Shown: positions 49,742 through 61,914, counted from the first letter of the stretch. The stretch is DNA of 64,000 nucleotides from Pristiophorus japonicus (GCF_044704955.1 NC_091984.1:159464001-159528000), one strand, 5' to 3'. Numbers and translations: made by a program. The notes: generated by a model from the letters alone, not told the origin.

Positions 49742-52700
49742 AGGCCCTGTTGGATTCCCCTGGATCATTCTCAGTTACTGAGGAAGTCCATGTAGCCCCT
49801 GTTGGGTTCCCCTGGGTCATTCTCAGTTACTGAGGAAGTCCATGTAGCCCCTGTTGGATTCCCCTGGATCATTCTCAGTTACTGAGGAAGTCCATGTAGC
49901 CCCTGTTGGGTTCCCCTGGATCATTCCCAGCTACTGAGGAAGTCCATGTAGCCCCTGTTGGGTTCCCCTGGATCATTCTCAGTTACTGAGGAAGTCCATG
50001 TAGCCCCTGTTGGATTCCTCTGGATCATTCTCAGTTACTGAGGAAGTCCATTTAGCCCCTGTGGGATTCCCTTGGATCATTCTCAGTTACTGAGGAAGTC
50101 CATGTAGCCCCTGTTGGGTTCCCGTGGATCATTCTCAGTTACTGAGGAAGTCCATGTAGCCCCTGTGGGGTTCCCCTGGATCATTCTCAGTTACTGAGGA
50201 AGTCCATGTAGTCCCTGTGGGATTCCCCTGGATCATTCTCAGTTATTGAGGAAGTCCATGTAGCCCCTGTGGGATTCCCCTGGATCATTCTCAGTTACTG
50301 AGGAAGTCCATGTAGCCCCTGTTGGGTTCCCCTGGATCATTCTCAGTTACTGAGGAAGTCCATGTAGACCCTGTTGGGTTCCCCTGGATCATTCTCAGTT
50401 ACTGAGGAAGTCCATGTAGCCCCTGTTGGATTCCCCTGGATCATTCTCAGTTACTGAGGAAGTCCATGTAGCCCCTGTTGGATTCCCCTGGTTCATTCTC
50501 AGTTACTGAGGAAGTCCATGTAGCCCCTGTGGGATTCCCCTGGATCATTCTCAGTTACTGAGGAAGTCCATGTAGCCCCTGTTGGATTCCCCTGGATCAT
50601 TCTCAGTTACTGAGGAAGTCCATGTAGCCCCTGTTGGATTCCCCTGGATCATTCTCAGTTACTGAGGAAGTCCATGTAGCCCCTGTGGGATTCCCCTGGA
50701 TCATTCTCAGTTACTGAGGAAGTCCATGTAGCCCCTGTGGGGTTCCCCTGGATCATTCTCAGTTACTGAGGAAGTCCATGTAGTCCCTGTTGGGTTCCCC
50801 TGAATCATTCTCAGTTACTGAGGAAGTCCATGTAGCCCCTGTTAGGTTCCCCTGGATCATTCTAAGTTACTGAGGAAGTCCATGTAGTCCCTGTTGGGTT
50901 CCCCTGGATCATTCCCAGTTACTGAGGAAGTCCATGTAGCCCCTGTTGGGTTCCCCTGGATCATTCTCAGTTACTGAGGAAGTCCATGTAGCCCCTGTGG
51001 GGTTCCCCTGGATCATTCTCAGTTACTGAGGAAGTCCATGTAGCCCCTGTGGGATTCCTCTGGATCATTCTCAGTTACTGAGGAAGTCCATGTAGCCCCT
51101 GTGGGATTCCCCTGGATCATTCTCAGTTACTGAGGAAGTCCATGTAGCCCCTGTGGGATTCCTCTGGATCATTCTCAGTTACTGAGGAAGTCCATGTAGC
51201 CCCTGTGGGATTCCCCTGGATCATTCTCAGTTACTGAGGAAGTCCATGTAGTCCCTGTGGGGTTCCCCTGGATCATTCTCAGTTACTGAGGAAGTCCATG
51301 TAGCCCCTGTGGGGTTCCCCTGGATCATTCCCAGTTACTGAGGAAGTCCATGTAGTCCCTGTTGGGTTCCCCTGGATCATTCTCAGTTACTGAGGAAGTC
51401 CATGTAGCCCCTGTTGGGTTCCCCTGGATCATTCTCAGTTACTGAGGAAGTCCATGTAGCCCCTGTGGGGTTCCCCTGGATCATTCTCAGTTACTGAGAA
51501 GTCCATGTAGCCCCTGTGGGGTTCCCCTGGATCATTCTCAGTTACTGAGGAAGTCCATGTAGCCCCTGTGGGGTTCCCCTGGATCATTCTCAGTTACTGA
51601 GGAAGTCCATGTAGCCCCTGTGGGGTTCCCCTGGATCATTCTCAGTTACTGAGAAGTCCATGTAGCCCCTGTGGGGTTCCCCTGGATCATTCCCAGTTAC
51701 TGAGGAAGTCCATGTAGCCCCTGTTGGGTTCCCCTGGATCATTCTCAGTTACTGAGGAAGTCCATGTAGCCCCTGTTGGATTCCCCTGGATCATTCTCAG
51801 TTACTGAGGAAGTCCATGTAGCCCCTGTGGGGTTCCCCTGGATCATTCTCAGTTACTGAGGAAGTCCATGTAGCCCCTGTGGGGTTCCCCTGGATCATTC
51901 TCAGTTACTGAGGAAGTCCATGTAGCCCCTGTTGGGTTCCCCTGGATCATTCTCAGTTACTGAGGAAGTCCATGTAGCCCCTGTGGGGTTCCCCTGGATC
52001 ATTCCCAGTTACTGAGGAAGTCCATGTAGCCCCTGTTGGGTTCCCCTGGATCATTCTCAGTTACTGAGGAAGTCCATGTAGCCCCTGTTGGATTCCCCTG
52101 GATCATTCTCAGTTACTGAGGAAGTCCATGTAGCCCCTGTTGGGTTCCCCTGGATCATTCTCAGTTACTGAGGAAGTCCATGTAGTCCCTGTGGGGTTCC
52201 CCTGGATCATTCTCAGTTACTGAGGAAGTCCATGTAGCCCCTGTGGGGTTCCCCTGGATCATTCTCAGTTACTGAGGAAGTCCATGTAGCCCCTGTGGGA
52301 TTCCCCTGGATCATTCTCAGTTACTGAGGAAGTCCATGTAGTCCCTGTGGGGTTCCCCTGGATCATTCTCAGTTACTGAGGAAGTCCATGTAGCCCCTGT
52401 GGGGTTCCCCTGGATCATTCCCAGTTACTGAGGAAGTCCATGTAGTCCCTGTTGGGTTCCCCTGGATCATTCTCAGTTACTGAGGAAGTCCATGTAGCCC
52501 CTGTTGGGTTCCCCTGGATCATTCTCAGTTACTGAGGAAGTCTATGTAGCCCCTGTGGGGTTCCCCTGGATCATTCTCAGTTACTGAGAAGTCCATGTAG
52601 CCCCTGTGGGGTTCCCCTGGATCATTCTCAGTTACTGAGGAAGTCCATGTAGCCCCTGTGGGGTTCCCCTGGATCATTCTCAGTTACTGAGGAAGTCCAT

Positions 52701-53787
52701 GTAGCCCCTGTGGGGTTCCCCTGGATCATTCTCAGTTACTGAGAAGTCCATGTAGCCCCTGTGGGGTTCCCCTGGATCATTCCCAGTTACTGAGGAAGTC
52801 CATGTAGCCCCTGTTGGGTTCCCCTGGATCATTCTCAGTTACTGAGGAAGTCCATGTAGCCCCTGTTGGATTCCCCTGGATCATTCTCAGTTACTGAGGA
52901 AGTCCATGTAGCCCCTGTTGGGTTCCCCTGGATCATTCTCAGTTACTGAGGAAGTCCATGTAGCCCCTGTGGGGTTCCCCTGGATCATTCTCAGTTACTG
53001 AGGAAGTCCATGTAGCCCCTGTTGGGTTCCCCTGGATCATTCTCAGTTACTGAGGAAGTCCATGTAGCCCCTGTGGGGTTCCCCTGGATCATTCTCAGTT
53101 ACTGAGGAAGTCCATGTAGCCCCTGTGGGGTTCCCCTGGATCATTCTCAGTTACTGAGGTAGTCCATTTAGCCCCTGTGGGATTCCCTTGGATCATTCTC
53201 AGTTACTGAGGAAGTCCATGTAGCCCCTGTTGGGTTCCCCTGGATCATTCTCAGTTACTGAGGAAGTCCATGTAGCCCCTGTGGGGTTCCCCTGGATCAT
53301 TCTCAGTTACTGAGGAAGTCCATGTAGCCCCTGTGGGGTTCCCCTGGATCATTCTCAGTTACTGAGGAAGTCCATGTAGCCCCTGTGGGGTTCCCCTGGA
53401 TCATTCTCAGTTACTGAGGAAGTCCATGTAGCCCCTGTTGGGTTCCCCTGTATCATTCTCAGTTACTGAGGAAGTCCATGTAGCCCCTGTGGGGTTCCCC
53501 TGGATCATTCCCAGTTACTGAGGAAGTCCATGTAGCCCCTGTTGGGTTCCCCTGGATCATTCTCAGTTACTGAGGAAGTCCATGTAGCCCCTGTTGGATT
53601 CCCCTGGATCATTCTCAGTTACTGAGGAAGTCCATGTAGTCCCTGTGGGGTTCCCCTGGATCATTCTCAGTTACTGAGGAAGTCCATGTAGCCCCTGTTG
53701 GGTTCCCCTGGATCATTCTCAGTTACTGAGGAAGTCCATGTAGCCCCTGTTGGGTTCCCCTGGATCATTCTCAGTTACTGAGGAAGC
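49742..53787. repeat. 52-bp tandem array, about 78 copies
   Basis: Unit ccctgttggattcccctggatcattctcagttactgaggaagtccatgtagc; period 52 (49781, 49833...). Confidence 0.98.
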
Positions 53788-55400
53788 CTCGGCAGATCCA
53801 ATACGTGGGAATACCGAGCGCAGTGTTTAACGACAGGTCCTGGTGACCTGCTCACTGTTTCCATCCAGGTGCAGCAACACCTGGACCCTCCTCTTTCCCC
53901 CTTGTCCAAGTTCCCCAGCACACTGAGCGCTTCAGCCCGCACTTTATCGCACGGCATCGCAGAGCGGTTGAATCCTTGTGTGGGTTTTGTCTACAAACAG
54001 TTGGATCGTGTCTGCTCTCAACTGGATTATGTTCTTGGAGAGGCTCGACAGCGCCTCCTTCTGGTTCTCCTTGTTCCCCACAACAACAACAACTTGTATT
54101 TATATAGTACCTTTAACGTAGTGACGTAGTGAAACATCCCAAGGCGCTTCACAGGAGTATTATGGGATACAAATTTGACACCGAGCTGCATAAGTAGAAA
54201 TTGGCGCAGGTGCTTGGTCAAAGAGGGAGGTTTTAAGGAGCATCTTGAAGGAGGAAAGAGAGGTAGAAAGGCAGAGAGGTTTAGGGAGGGAGTTCCAGAG
54301 CTTGGGGCCCAGGCAACAGAAGGCACAGCCACCAATGTTTGAGCGATTACAATCAGGGATGCTCAAGAGGGCAGAATTAGAGGAGCGCAGACATCTTGCA
54401 GGGGGTGGGGTTGTGGGGCTGGAGGAGATTACAAAGATAGGGAGGGGCGAGGCCATGGAGGAATTTGAAAATAAGGATGGGAATTTTGAAATCGAGGTGT
54501 TGCTTAACCCGGAGCCAATGTAGGTCAACGAGATGGATGAGCGGGACTTGATGCTAGTTAGGACATGGGCAGCCAAGTTTTGGATCATCTCTAGTTTACG
54601 TAGGGTAAAATGTGGGAGGCCAGCCAGGAGTGCATTGGAATATTCGGGTCTAGAGGTAATAAAGGCATGGATGAGGATTTCAGCAGCGGATGAGCTGAGG
54701 CAAGGGTGGAGACAGGCGATGTTACGGAGATGGAACTAGGCGGTCTTAGTTATGCTGCAGATGTATGGTCGAAAGCTCAGACTAATCAATGTGCCCGTCA
54801 TTTTATGAGACCAGAAATAAGCTCCAATTGTAATGTTGCCCAGGCCCGTGACACACAGCAACTGGACAAGTGTAGAGCAAACACCCCAACAATCTGCTCA
54901 CCAGCGTGTCTGTGAGCTGCAGCTGTGAAACCCGTGGAGATTTGAACAGCTCTCCGAAGGAGGAAGCCACGGTGATTGGCTGACAGTCTGGGGCGGTAAG
55001 GATTGGAGCTGCTTGACCTTCCACAATGCCAGGCAGGCTGAGGCCAGTGTATTTCACCATTGCTCTGGCCGGCAGGACAGCCTCCTTGTCGGACTTGCCC
55101 AGGTCCATCATTTGGTCCCATCCCCCCCTTTTCCCCGTGTCCTTACCTACTGTTTTATTACCTACTGTCCTTTAGTGCCCCACACAGTCCATGCCCATCT
55201 CTGCTTCTCCATGTTTCATACCCAGTTGAGAAATCTCTCTGGTTGGATTTGCCGTGGGGAGCAGTACCATTGAGCAGGGAAACATTAACACGGGTTGAGA
55301 TGAATGAGCATGGCGCAGAATAACAGCGGGAATAATGTATAGTCACCGCCTCTGCCAACTCGGGCTTAGTGTTCAGACGGCAGCCAGGGATCGAAGGGTT
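53735..55400 (-). pseudogene. MROH (maestro heat-like repeat)-like pseudogene, no introns visible
   Basis: Ordered fragments PELAEAV..FPLLFCAMLIHL, EKGGWDQM..ARAMVKY, DCQPITVASSFGEL..LTDTLVSRLL, KEALSSLSK..RIQPLCD, KVRAEALSVLGNL, VLLHLDGNSEQVTRTCR*TLR..YMDFL follow the C-terminal HEAT region of MROH1 as I recall it. Contains stops, frameshifts and an L2 insertion. Confidence 0.78.
54081..54775 (-). mobile_element. L2-type LINE 3' fragment inserted in the MROH-like pseudogene
   Basis: IQNLAAHVLT...GGCAFCCLGPKLWNSLP; 3' tail ctatataaatacaag(ttg)n. Confidence 0.8.
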
Positions 55401-55764
55401 AAATAGATTGAAGCTCTCTCCTCGTTGCTCTCTCAGGCACAAATACACAGTCTGTAGCACTTTGTGCAGCCATTTTGGATTGAACAGCTGGCTCTTCCTA
55501 ATAACAACCCTCCGCACCACAGACTCTCAAAGTCCTTGTGGCAAAAGGTGCAGAAATGGGAGAGTCCCACAGACATTTCCAGCAGCATCACCTCCAAATT
55601 AGGATTTTCATGTGTTGGAGATTGAAACTGTTTAATGACGTCATGAAGTGGTTGTGACATCAGAGCATTTTGTTGTGACATCAGAGCGGTTCATTGTGAC
55701 ATGTGTTCCGGTCTTCGCCCCTTAAAAATGGCCATCTATTGCCAACCAGCCCAGGTGTTGGGGG

Positions 55765-55970
55765 GGTGTGGGGTGAGTCAGTACAGGAGGTGGGGCTGTG
55801 TGTCCATTATTATATATTATATATAACTGTGGGTGAGTCAGTACAGGAGGTGGGGCTGTGTGTCCTTTATTATATATAACTGTGGGGTGAGTCAGTACAG
55901 GAGGTGGGGCTGTGTGTCCATTATTATATATAACTGTGAGGTGAGTCAGTACAGGAGGTGGGGCTGTGTA
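55765..55970. repeat. About 55-60-bp minisatellite, 4 copies, abutting the RSS
   Basis: Unit gtgagtcagtacaggaggtggggctgtgtgtccattattatatataactgtg. Confidence 0.9.
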
Positions 55971-55976
55971 TATTGA

Positions 55977-56004
55977 GGTTTTTGTACAGCTGTGTATCAC
56001 AGTG
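55977..56004 (-). promoter_or_regulatory. Recombination signal sequence, 12-bp spacer
   Basis: On the V strand: CACTGTG - ATACACAGCTGT - ACAAAAACC (consensus nonamer; heptamer differs from CACAGTG at position 4). Confidence 0.95.
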
Positions 56005-56539
56005 TAGAGGGGAGCTGTACCCTTGCTGACAGTAATAGACTGCGACATCCTCGCTCTGAACGTTGCTGATACTCAGGGTGAACGTGTTGGACTGCTGACT
56101 GCCGGTGAAGCGATTGGAGGTGCCAGTGAAACGATCTGTTGCCGCATAGATCAGCAGAGTGGGTTTCTGCCCGGCTTTCTGCTGGTACCAAGCAAGGTAG
56201 CCACTAACAGATGCACTGGCGGTACAGGTGATGGTTGCAGTCTGTCCCTCACTCACTGACAGCACCGGGGGAGATTGGGTCATGATGATGTCCCCACTGA
56301 TACCTGAGGGGGAAATGGGGAAAGAAAGTGAAGTAAGCACTGTCACAGAAAGACGCTGTAAAATGAGAGATTGCTCGAGACACTGAGCTCTCCTCTAGTG
56401 TCAGCATTTGCCCTTCAATCACTGGTCAGTAGAGTTGGACAGAAATCGACAGCAGGGAGATATTAAACGTGGAAGGAGAGAGATTGGTACCTGCGTCGCA
56501 GAATGCCAGAGGCCAGATCAGCTGGATGGGTGAAATCAT
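56005..56539 (-). CDS. IGKV: Immunoglobulin kappa-type light chain V segment, unrearranged (leader 56491-56539, V exon 56005-56303)
   Basis: Leader [16 protein letters not shown](G), GT-AG intron, then [26 protein letters not shown]...LAWYQQK...LLIY...[17 protein letters not shown] 12-bp-spacer RSS on the V is the kappa arrangement, and the sequence resembles shark kappa V. Confidence 0.93.
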
Positions 56540-56596
56540 GGTGTCTGCTCCTGTCCCTGTGCCTGCTTACTGATAAACTGCCCTTCACTGGGCCCT

Positions 56597-56652
56597 GCTT
56601 TATAAACCTGCAGCCTGAGAGAGTCTCACTGCCCATCCCTCAGTATGTAAAT
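56597..56652 (-). promoter_or_regulatory. Ig V promoter: TATA box and octamer-like motif
   Basis: TATAAA at ~56599-56604 and ATTTACAT (one mismatch to ATTTGCAT) at 56645-56652 on the sense strand, 60-110 bp upstream of the ATG. Confidence 0.6.
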
Positions 56653-56699
56653 GTCTTCACCCAGAGAAAGCCACATCAGCACATTTCAATTCCTCTTCT

Positions 56700-57170
56700 T
56701 CTCTAGCTCTTGCCCTCTCCCTCGCTCCCTCTCTGTCTCACCTACTCCATCTCTCCGTATGAATCTGTCGCTGTCACTCTCTGTCTCTCAGCCTCCACCT
56801 CTCGCTCTCTGTTATGCTCTCCCTCTCGCTCAGTCTTCATTTCCCTCTGTTTCACAGCCTCCCTCTACCCCTCTCTGTCTCTGGTTCACAGCCTCTCACT
56901 GTCTATCTCTCTGTCTCTCCCTCTCTGTCTTAAAGCCTCCACAGCTCTCATTCTCTCTCGGTCTCTATCACTCTGTCTGTCTCTCTCTTTGTCCCTGACT
57001 CTCTCTCTCTCTCTGTCACTCTGTCTCTCTCGCTTTGTGTCTCTCTCTCACATCCTCTCGCACTCACTCTCACTCTGTCTCCCTCCCTCTCTGTCTCACT
57101 GCCTCCACGTCTCTCACTCTCTCTTGCACTCTCTCTCTCTCTCTCGCTCTGTCTCCCTGTCCCTCCCCCA
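56700..57170. repeat. CT-rich microsatellite-like tract
   Basis: Degenerate (ct)n. Confidence 0.9.
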
Positions 57171-57639
57171 CAGACTCCCAGGTGCAGCACACAAATGCAA
57201 AGTAAACCTCCCTGTGCTCTGCCCCACCAATGGATGTTAACCCTTGACCCCAGAGCATGCCTTCTGGAGTAAGGCCCCATTCCCCACAGTGACCATCCCT
57301 TGGCCTCTCTCAGTACACTGGCTGTTTATTGCCCAATTAAGGGCCGTTCTGTGCTGTGGGCCTATTCTCAGTGGGGACCGGTTTGGACACAAAGTTCATT
57401 TCATGAAGGCTCAGCAGAGGGAGGAGATCCTCACCCCATCAGTGTGAGCTGGAGCGACAGGACAGGATCTGATCCACTGCCCCATCTTGTCCGCACAGGA
57501 CATCTTCGAATCCCTTCCCCTCTCCTTCCCCTTCCCCTTCCATGGCCCCGCTCCAGGTCAGGGTGTTTTTATTGGGATCAGGTGCCGACGATCCCACATT
57601 TACAACAGGAAGGGTCTGCACTCCACGTCTACCATGGAC

Positions 57640-57800
57640 TCCAATAGGGCCCAGGAAACATGGCTCCTTCCTATTGATCCCCCAATAGAGACCAGGAAAT
57701 ATGGCTCCTTCCTATTGGTCCCCCAATAGGGACCAGGAAACATTGCTCTTTCCTACTGGTCCCCCAATAAGGACCAGGAAACATGGCTCCTTCCTATTGG
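57640..57800. repeat. Short ~40-bp tandem repeat, about 4 copies
   Basis: ccaatagggaccaggaaacatggctccttcctattgg variants. Confidence 0.8.
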
Positions 57801-57869
57801 ACCTCACTGACCTACTCGCCCTGACCTCACTGTCCTACTGCCCCTGACCTTTGACCTGGTTATGGAGGC

Positions 57870-58391
57870 TGTTAGGCTCAAAATAAAGTAATGCAACTGA
57901 GTATTGTAGACAATGAGTAACTGTGACCTTAGCTCCTTTAATTAAACTCCAGAGTACTGGTACAGCATGGGAGGCCTGCTTATATACAATGCTCCCAAGG
58001 GATGCTGGGATCCCTTGGGACTCCAACAGGTATGCCCTCTGGTGGCAGTATGATACAGGTTGCCTAGAGTTGCATACATGACATCACTCCCTCCCAAAGT
58101 CAATAGTACACTTATTTACAGGGTGTGACGATCTGGGGCTTTTTGCTCCTTTGTCGATCGTCTCGGTACAAATGCAGCTGTGGGTGAGTTGGTTGGTTCT
58201 TTGCTGGGCAGCTGGCCTTGCCGGGCTGCTGGGGTGGGTGAGTTCAGCTTCATGGTTGACCGTGATGTTGGCTGCCACTTGTGTGTGTGTTGGCGGTTCG
58301 AAGTTGGTGAAGTCATCTTCAGGTTGCGCGTGGCTGTTTGTGAATCGCAGTTTGGTTTGGTCCAAATGCTTTCTGCAAGTTAGTCCATTAG
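57870..58391 (-). mobile_element. Gypsy 3' LTR (57870-58086) plus pol C-terminus
   Basis: The LTR shares gtcccaagggatcccagcatcccttgggagca with the 11752 family; PPT present; [12 protein letters not shown]...PRRSTKEQKAPDRHTL. Confidence 0.85.
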
Positions 58392-60780
58392 TGTAAAGTC
58401 CTGTCCCCTCAGTACAGATTCACACGAGGCATGTAGTGAAGTCAAGGTCACTCTGGACCTGCACCTTTATTTCAACAGCTCTGGAATGCTGCACTTACCT
58501 GAGACCTGTCCTTATATACCTGTCTCTTACAAGTGCACCCCTGGTGGTAAGGTATGCTGGTGGTTACAGGTCATATCTTATTACAGTCATGTATAGCATG
58601 TTAGGATACAGTTATATATAAAAATGTAAGATACATGACATCACCCTCCCCCAACGTCTTATTGTCTTTATAGGTTCAGTCTCTCAGGTGGTCTATGCTC
58701 TCGCGTGGAGCGTCTGAGTTGTGGTTCAGTTGTTTGCCTTGGTGTCTGTTTTTCTTTGGGTGTGGTTGCTGGTATCTCGCCTGGGCTGTCTGTTTCGATT
58801 GGTGTGATTGTTGTTGACTCGCCTGGGCTGTCTGTTGGGATTGGTGCGATTGTTGTTGACTCGCCTGGGCTGTCTGTTTCGATTGGTGTGATTGTTGTTG
58901 ACTCGCCTGGGCTGTCTGTTGGGATTGGTGCGATTGTTGTTGACTCGCCTGGGCTGTCTGTTTCGATTGGTGTGATTGTTGTTGACTCGCCTGGGCTGTC
59001 TGTTGGGATTGCCCTTTCCTCAGGTTGTTCCCTCTGTCTGTCCACCAGGTGTGGTGCGAGTTCCACATTGTAGTCTGCCTCTGGTTCCGCAGTGTTGTTG
59101 GTAAATCTGCTTTTGACTTGGTCTACATGCCTCCGGCAGGTTTTGCCATTGTCCATTTGTACTACCAGTAACCTGTTTCCTTCCTTGCCCGTTACTGTCC
59201 CTGCAACCCATTTGGGACCCCTGCCATAGTTTAGTACAAACACTTTGTCCCCTATCTCATTCCATCTCCCCCTCGAATTTCTGTCATGGTACTCAGTCAG
59301 CTTACGGCGCTTTGCCTCAACGATTTTGTGCATGTCTGGGAGGATTAATGAGAGCCTTGATTTTAAAGTCCTTTTTATCAACAGTTGCGCGGGGGGGATC
59401 CCAGTCAGTGAGTGCGGACAAGATCTGTATGCCAGTAGCAGTCGCGACAGGCGACCCTGCAGCGTGGGACCTTGGATTTTAAGCATGCCTTGTTTAATGA
59501 TTTGCACTGCTCTCTCCGCCTAGCCATTGGAGGCCGGCTTGAACGGTGCCGTCTTGACGTGATTTATGCCATGGTCAGTTATAAAGTCTTGGAATTCTGC
59601 GCTGGTGAAGCACGGACCATTGTCACTGACCAATATGTCATGGATTCCGTGTGTTGCAAACATGGTTGCGAGGCTCTCCACAGTGGTGGAGGTTCTGCTC
59701 GAGTTTAAAATGGTGCATTCGATCCACTTTGAAAATGCATCTACAACTACGAGGAACATTTTGCCCATGAATGGGCCCGCATAGTCTACGTGCACCCGCG
59801 ACCACGGTTTGATAGGCCAGGGCCAGGGGCTCAGGGGAGCCTCCCTGGGGGCATTGCTGAGTTGGGCACAAATGATGCACCTTCGGACGCAGAGCTCCAA
59901 GTCCACGTCAATATCAGGCCACCAGATGTGGGATCTGGCTATGGCCTTCATGAGAACGATCCCTGGGTGCTCGCGGTGGAGCTCCCGGACAAATGCCTCT
60001 TTGCCTCACAGAGGCATGACTACTCGGCTGTCCCACATCAGGCAGTCTGCTTGTAGTGATAGCTCATGCATGCGCCTGTGAAAGGGTTTTAATTCCTCGG
60101 GGCAGGCATCGCTAGCCTCTGCCCAGTCACCGATTAGGACACATCTTTTTACGAAGGATAACGTGGGGTCGCTGGCCGTCCAGGCTCTGATTTGGCGAGC
60201 CGTCATGGGCGAACCTGTGGACTCAAAGGCATTGATTGCCATGACTATCTCACAGTTCTGTTCGTCAGACCCTTCCGTGGTCGCCAGGGGTAGCCTGCTG
60301 AGCGCGTCGGCACAGTTGTCTGTGCCTGGTCTGTGCCTTATGGTATAGTCGTAGGACGCCAGCATGAGTGCCCACCGTTGAATTCGCGCCGAGGCGTTGG
60401 CGTTTATTGCCTTGCTCTCGGATAGTAGGGACGTAAGGGGCTTGTGGTCAGTTTCTAACGTGAACTTGGTCCCGAAAAGGTATTGGTGCATCTTTTTGAC
60501 ACCATACACGCACGCAAGCGCCTCCTTCTCTACCATTCCGTACCCGCGCTCCGCCTGCGAAAGTGACCTGGAGGCATAAGCTATGGGTTGTAATTTGCCC
60601 GCACTATTGACATGTTGCAAAACGCACCCGACCCCATACGCTGACGCATCGCACGTGAGAACTAGCTTTTTACCTGGGTCAAAGAAAGTCAAAACACTGT
60701 TGGAACACAGAAGGTTGCGTGCCTTATTGAAGGCGCGTTCCTGGGCGTCCCAATCGCACCCCTTCCTGAGTAGCACATGG
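58392..60780 (-). mobile_element. Second Gypsy element (3' LTR 58392-58643, RNase H-integrase), nested in the first and 5'-truncated
   Basis: CDASAYGVG, ETDHKPL, RVHVDYAGP, KPASNG; a 42-bp coding tandem repeat (TDSPGESTTITPI) at ~58770-59010. Confidence 0.9.
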
Positions 60781-61880
60781 AAGGAGGATTAGGTATAGCC
60801 ATACCATCATCTTCTATGGTTCCGCCCCGCCACTGGCCACGGGCTCAGCGATGGGCGCTCCAATGATGGCGAGCACTGTCTGCTCCACGGGGGTAAGAAC
60901 ATCCGGGCGCGCCTGCCCCCCGCCATTGAGCTCCTGATGCCTCGGGTTCTGGGCCACCTTGCCCTGCAAGAGAGGGAAATGTATCGGTGAGTGTGGTGCC
61001 ATGTGTTTGGGTGATGCGCCTGTCATGGTTGAATAGCTGGCAGTGTGTGCAAGCTGTGAGATGTGGATGTGAGGCTTGTAGCAGAATCTAAGTGTGTGAG
61101 GGTGAGGTGAAGCTGTGAATGTGGATGTTTCCCCTCGTGGGGGAATCTGGAACTAGGGGGCATAATCTCAGAATAAGGAGTCATCCATTTAAGATGGAGA
61201 TGAAGAGGAATTTCTTCTCTCAGCAGATCATGAATCTTTGGAATTCTCTGCTCCAGAGAGTTGTGGAGGCTGGGGCATTGAATATATTCAAGGCTGAGAT
61301 AGACAGATTCTTGAACTACAGGGGAGTCCCAGGTTATGGGGAGCGGGCGGGGAAGTGGAGTTGAGGCCAAGATCAGATCAGCCATGATCTTATTGAATGG
61401 TGGACCAGCTCGAGGGGCCGTATGGTCCACTCCTGCTCCTATTCCTTATGTTCTTGTGTATGAGTCCTGATTGCTAGAGATTGTTGGTAGGTGGGTGATG
61501 GGGGTGTGATGCATTGAGCAGTGTGTGAGGCTAGTGGTACAGTTGGTGGGACATGGCATTTGAAGATAAATTCACCGACCTTGACCACTCTTGTGAGGTA
61601 TTTGAATTTCTTGCAGCACTGCATCCAAGTCGTCGGGTTCTGGTCTCACTGCCTTCGAAACGTTTGTCTGGTGAAGCCTCCTCACCCCCTGTGGGTAGAG
61701 AACATCTCTCCCCCTCTGCACCTCCTCCCCCAAGGCCTCCAGTGCAGCGCTGGAGGATCTTGGAGCCGGCTCTCTCCCCTGTTGTGTCATCAGTACGTCT
61801 TGGTCCAGGTCAGAATGTCTTCCACAGCCACTTCCAGCACCTGCTCCAGACACATTTCACCTGTCCATTAAGAGGTGCAG
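60781..61880 (-). mobile_element. Harbinger Myb/SANT-like ORF remnant (two exons) with a CR1 3' fragment (+, ~61100-61455) in its intron
   Basis: LEALGEEVQRGRDVLYP, WMQCCKKFKYLTRVVK|gt ... cag|GKVAQN...GGGQARPDVLTPVEQTVLAIIG. Confidence 0.7.
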
Positions 61881-61914
61881 GCCAGATTTAACTGGTGCCA
61901 GCCTCACACAACTA

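Noticed and set aside
49742-53787. CRISPR-like regular repeat with an internal palindrome
   Set aside because: Units are contiguous with no unique spacers, no cas genes, and the context is eukaryotic.
55105-55135. Possible Ig J segment (GDGTK-like reading)
   Set aside because: No Phe-Gly, no RSS, and an immediate stop; another frame gives the MROH-like GGWDQM.
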